Below are positions 63,664 to 64,000 of a stretch of 64,000 nucleotides of DNA, in pieces. This DNA is from Camelus dromedarius (lineage: Eukaryota), in contig NC_087436.1 in NCBI RefSeq assembly GCF_036321535.1, positions 112,160,001 to 112,224,000 on the forward strand. The letters are read 5' to 3'. The notes beneath the pieces were generated by a model, which saw only the letters and a list, made by a program, of their open reading frames with translations, did no database searches and had not been told where the DNA came from. Position 1 is the stretch's first letter. Every line of letters begins with the position of its first letter. The position numbers and the translations under genes are program-made.

Positions 63664-64000
63664 GGGGCCCTGAAAGGAGTCACTTCCAGTCCTCCTCAGA
63701 GGTTGGTGGTCCTTGCACGGGGGATTAGTGAGAAGGTGTGACACGGGCAAGAGCTGGTGGCGCCTCCCGGCCTCCGGCGAGGAGCAGAGGTCTGCCTCGT
63801 GGGGAGTCGAGGCCATGTGGGTTACTCTCAGATGGACAAGTATTGCCTCCTGTGGGACACACGAGACAGCAGATGGGAAGGAAATGCACCTCTCACTGTT
63901 GAATGTTGGGGGGGATTTTAAAGATGTGGGGGTGGGGGGAAAGGGTGCCAACATTCCCTAGTCAGAGGGAGCCCAGAATGTGTATTATTCTCCATTCCTT

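Noticed and set aside
1..64000. A novel multi-gene system, prokaryotic-type elements, tRNA or rRNA genes
   Set aside because: The window is explained by one spliced mammalian gene plus interspersed repeats. I recognised no structured RNA gene, though miRNA or snoRNA cannot be excluded without an Rfam/Infernal search.

Overview
Mammalian genomic DNA spanning the middle and 3' part of LDB2 (LIM domain-binding 2/CLIM1) on the + strand. Four constitutive coding exons with canonical GT-AG junctions and consistent phase lie at 1176-1298, 3996-4079, 57866-57989 and 60911-61062. An alternative stop-containing exon (63559-63663) gives the short isoform lacking the LIM-interaction domain. The 5' exons and the terminal LID-encoding exon are outside the window. 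Most of the window is one 53.8-kb intron (4080-57865) of L1, L2, MIR, MaLR/ERVL LTR and MER DNA-transposon relics, microsatellites and a few repeat-poor, motif-rich blocks. The L1 3' ends look cetartiodactyl-type and I saw no young lineage SINEs, which hints at a camelid (inference only). Nearly all ORFs in the supplied track are spurious. I found no convincing new biological system. The best leads are combinatorial micro-splicing at the LDB2 3' end, inverted L1s bracketing two in-frame exons (circRNA candidate), two atypical L1 insertion structures and several candidate cis-regulatory elements. Repeat family names and boundaries come from recall of consensus sequences and are approximate.
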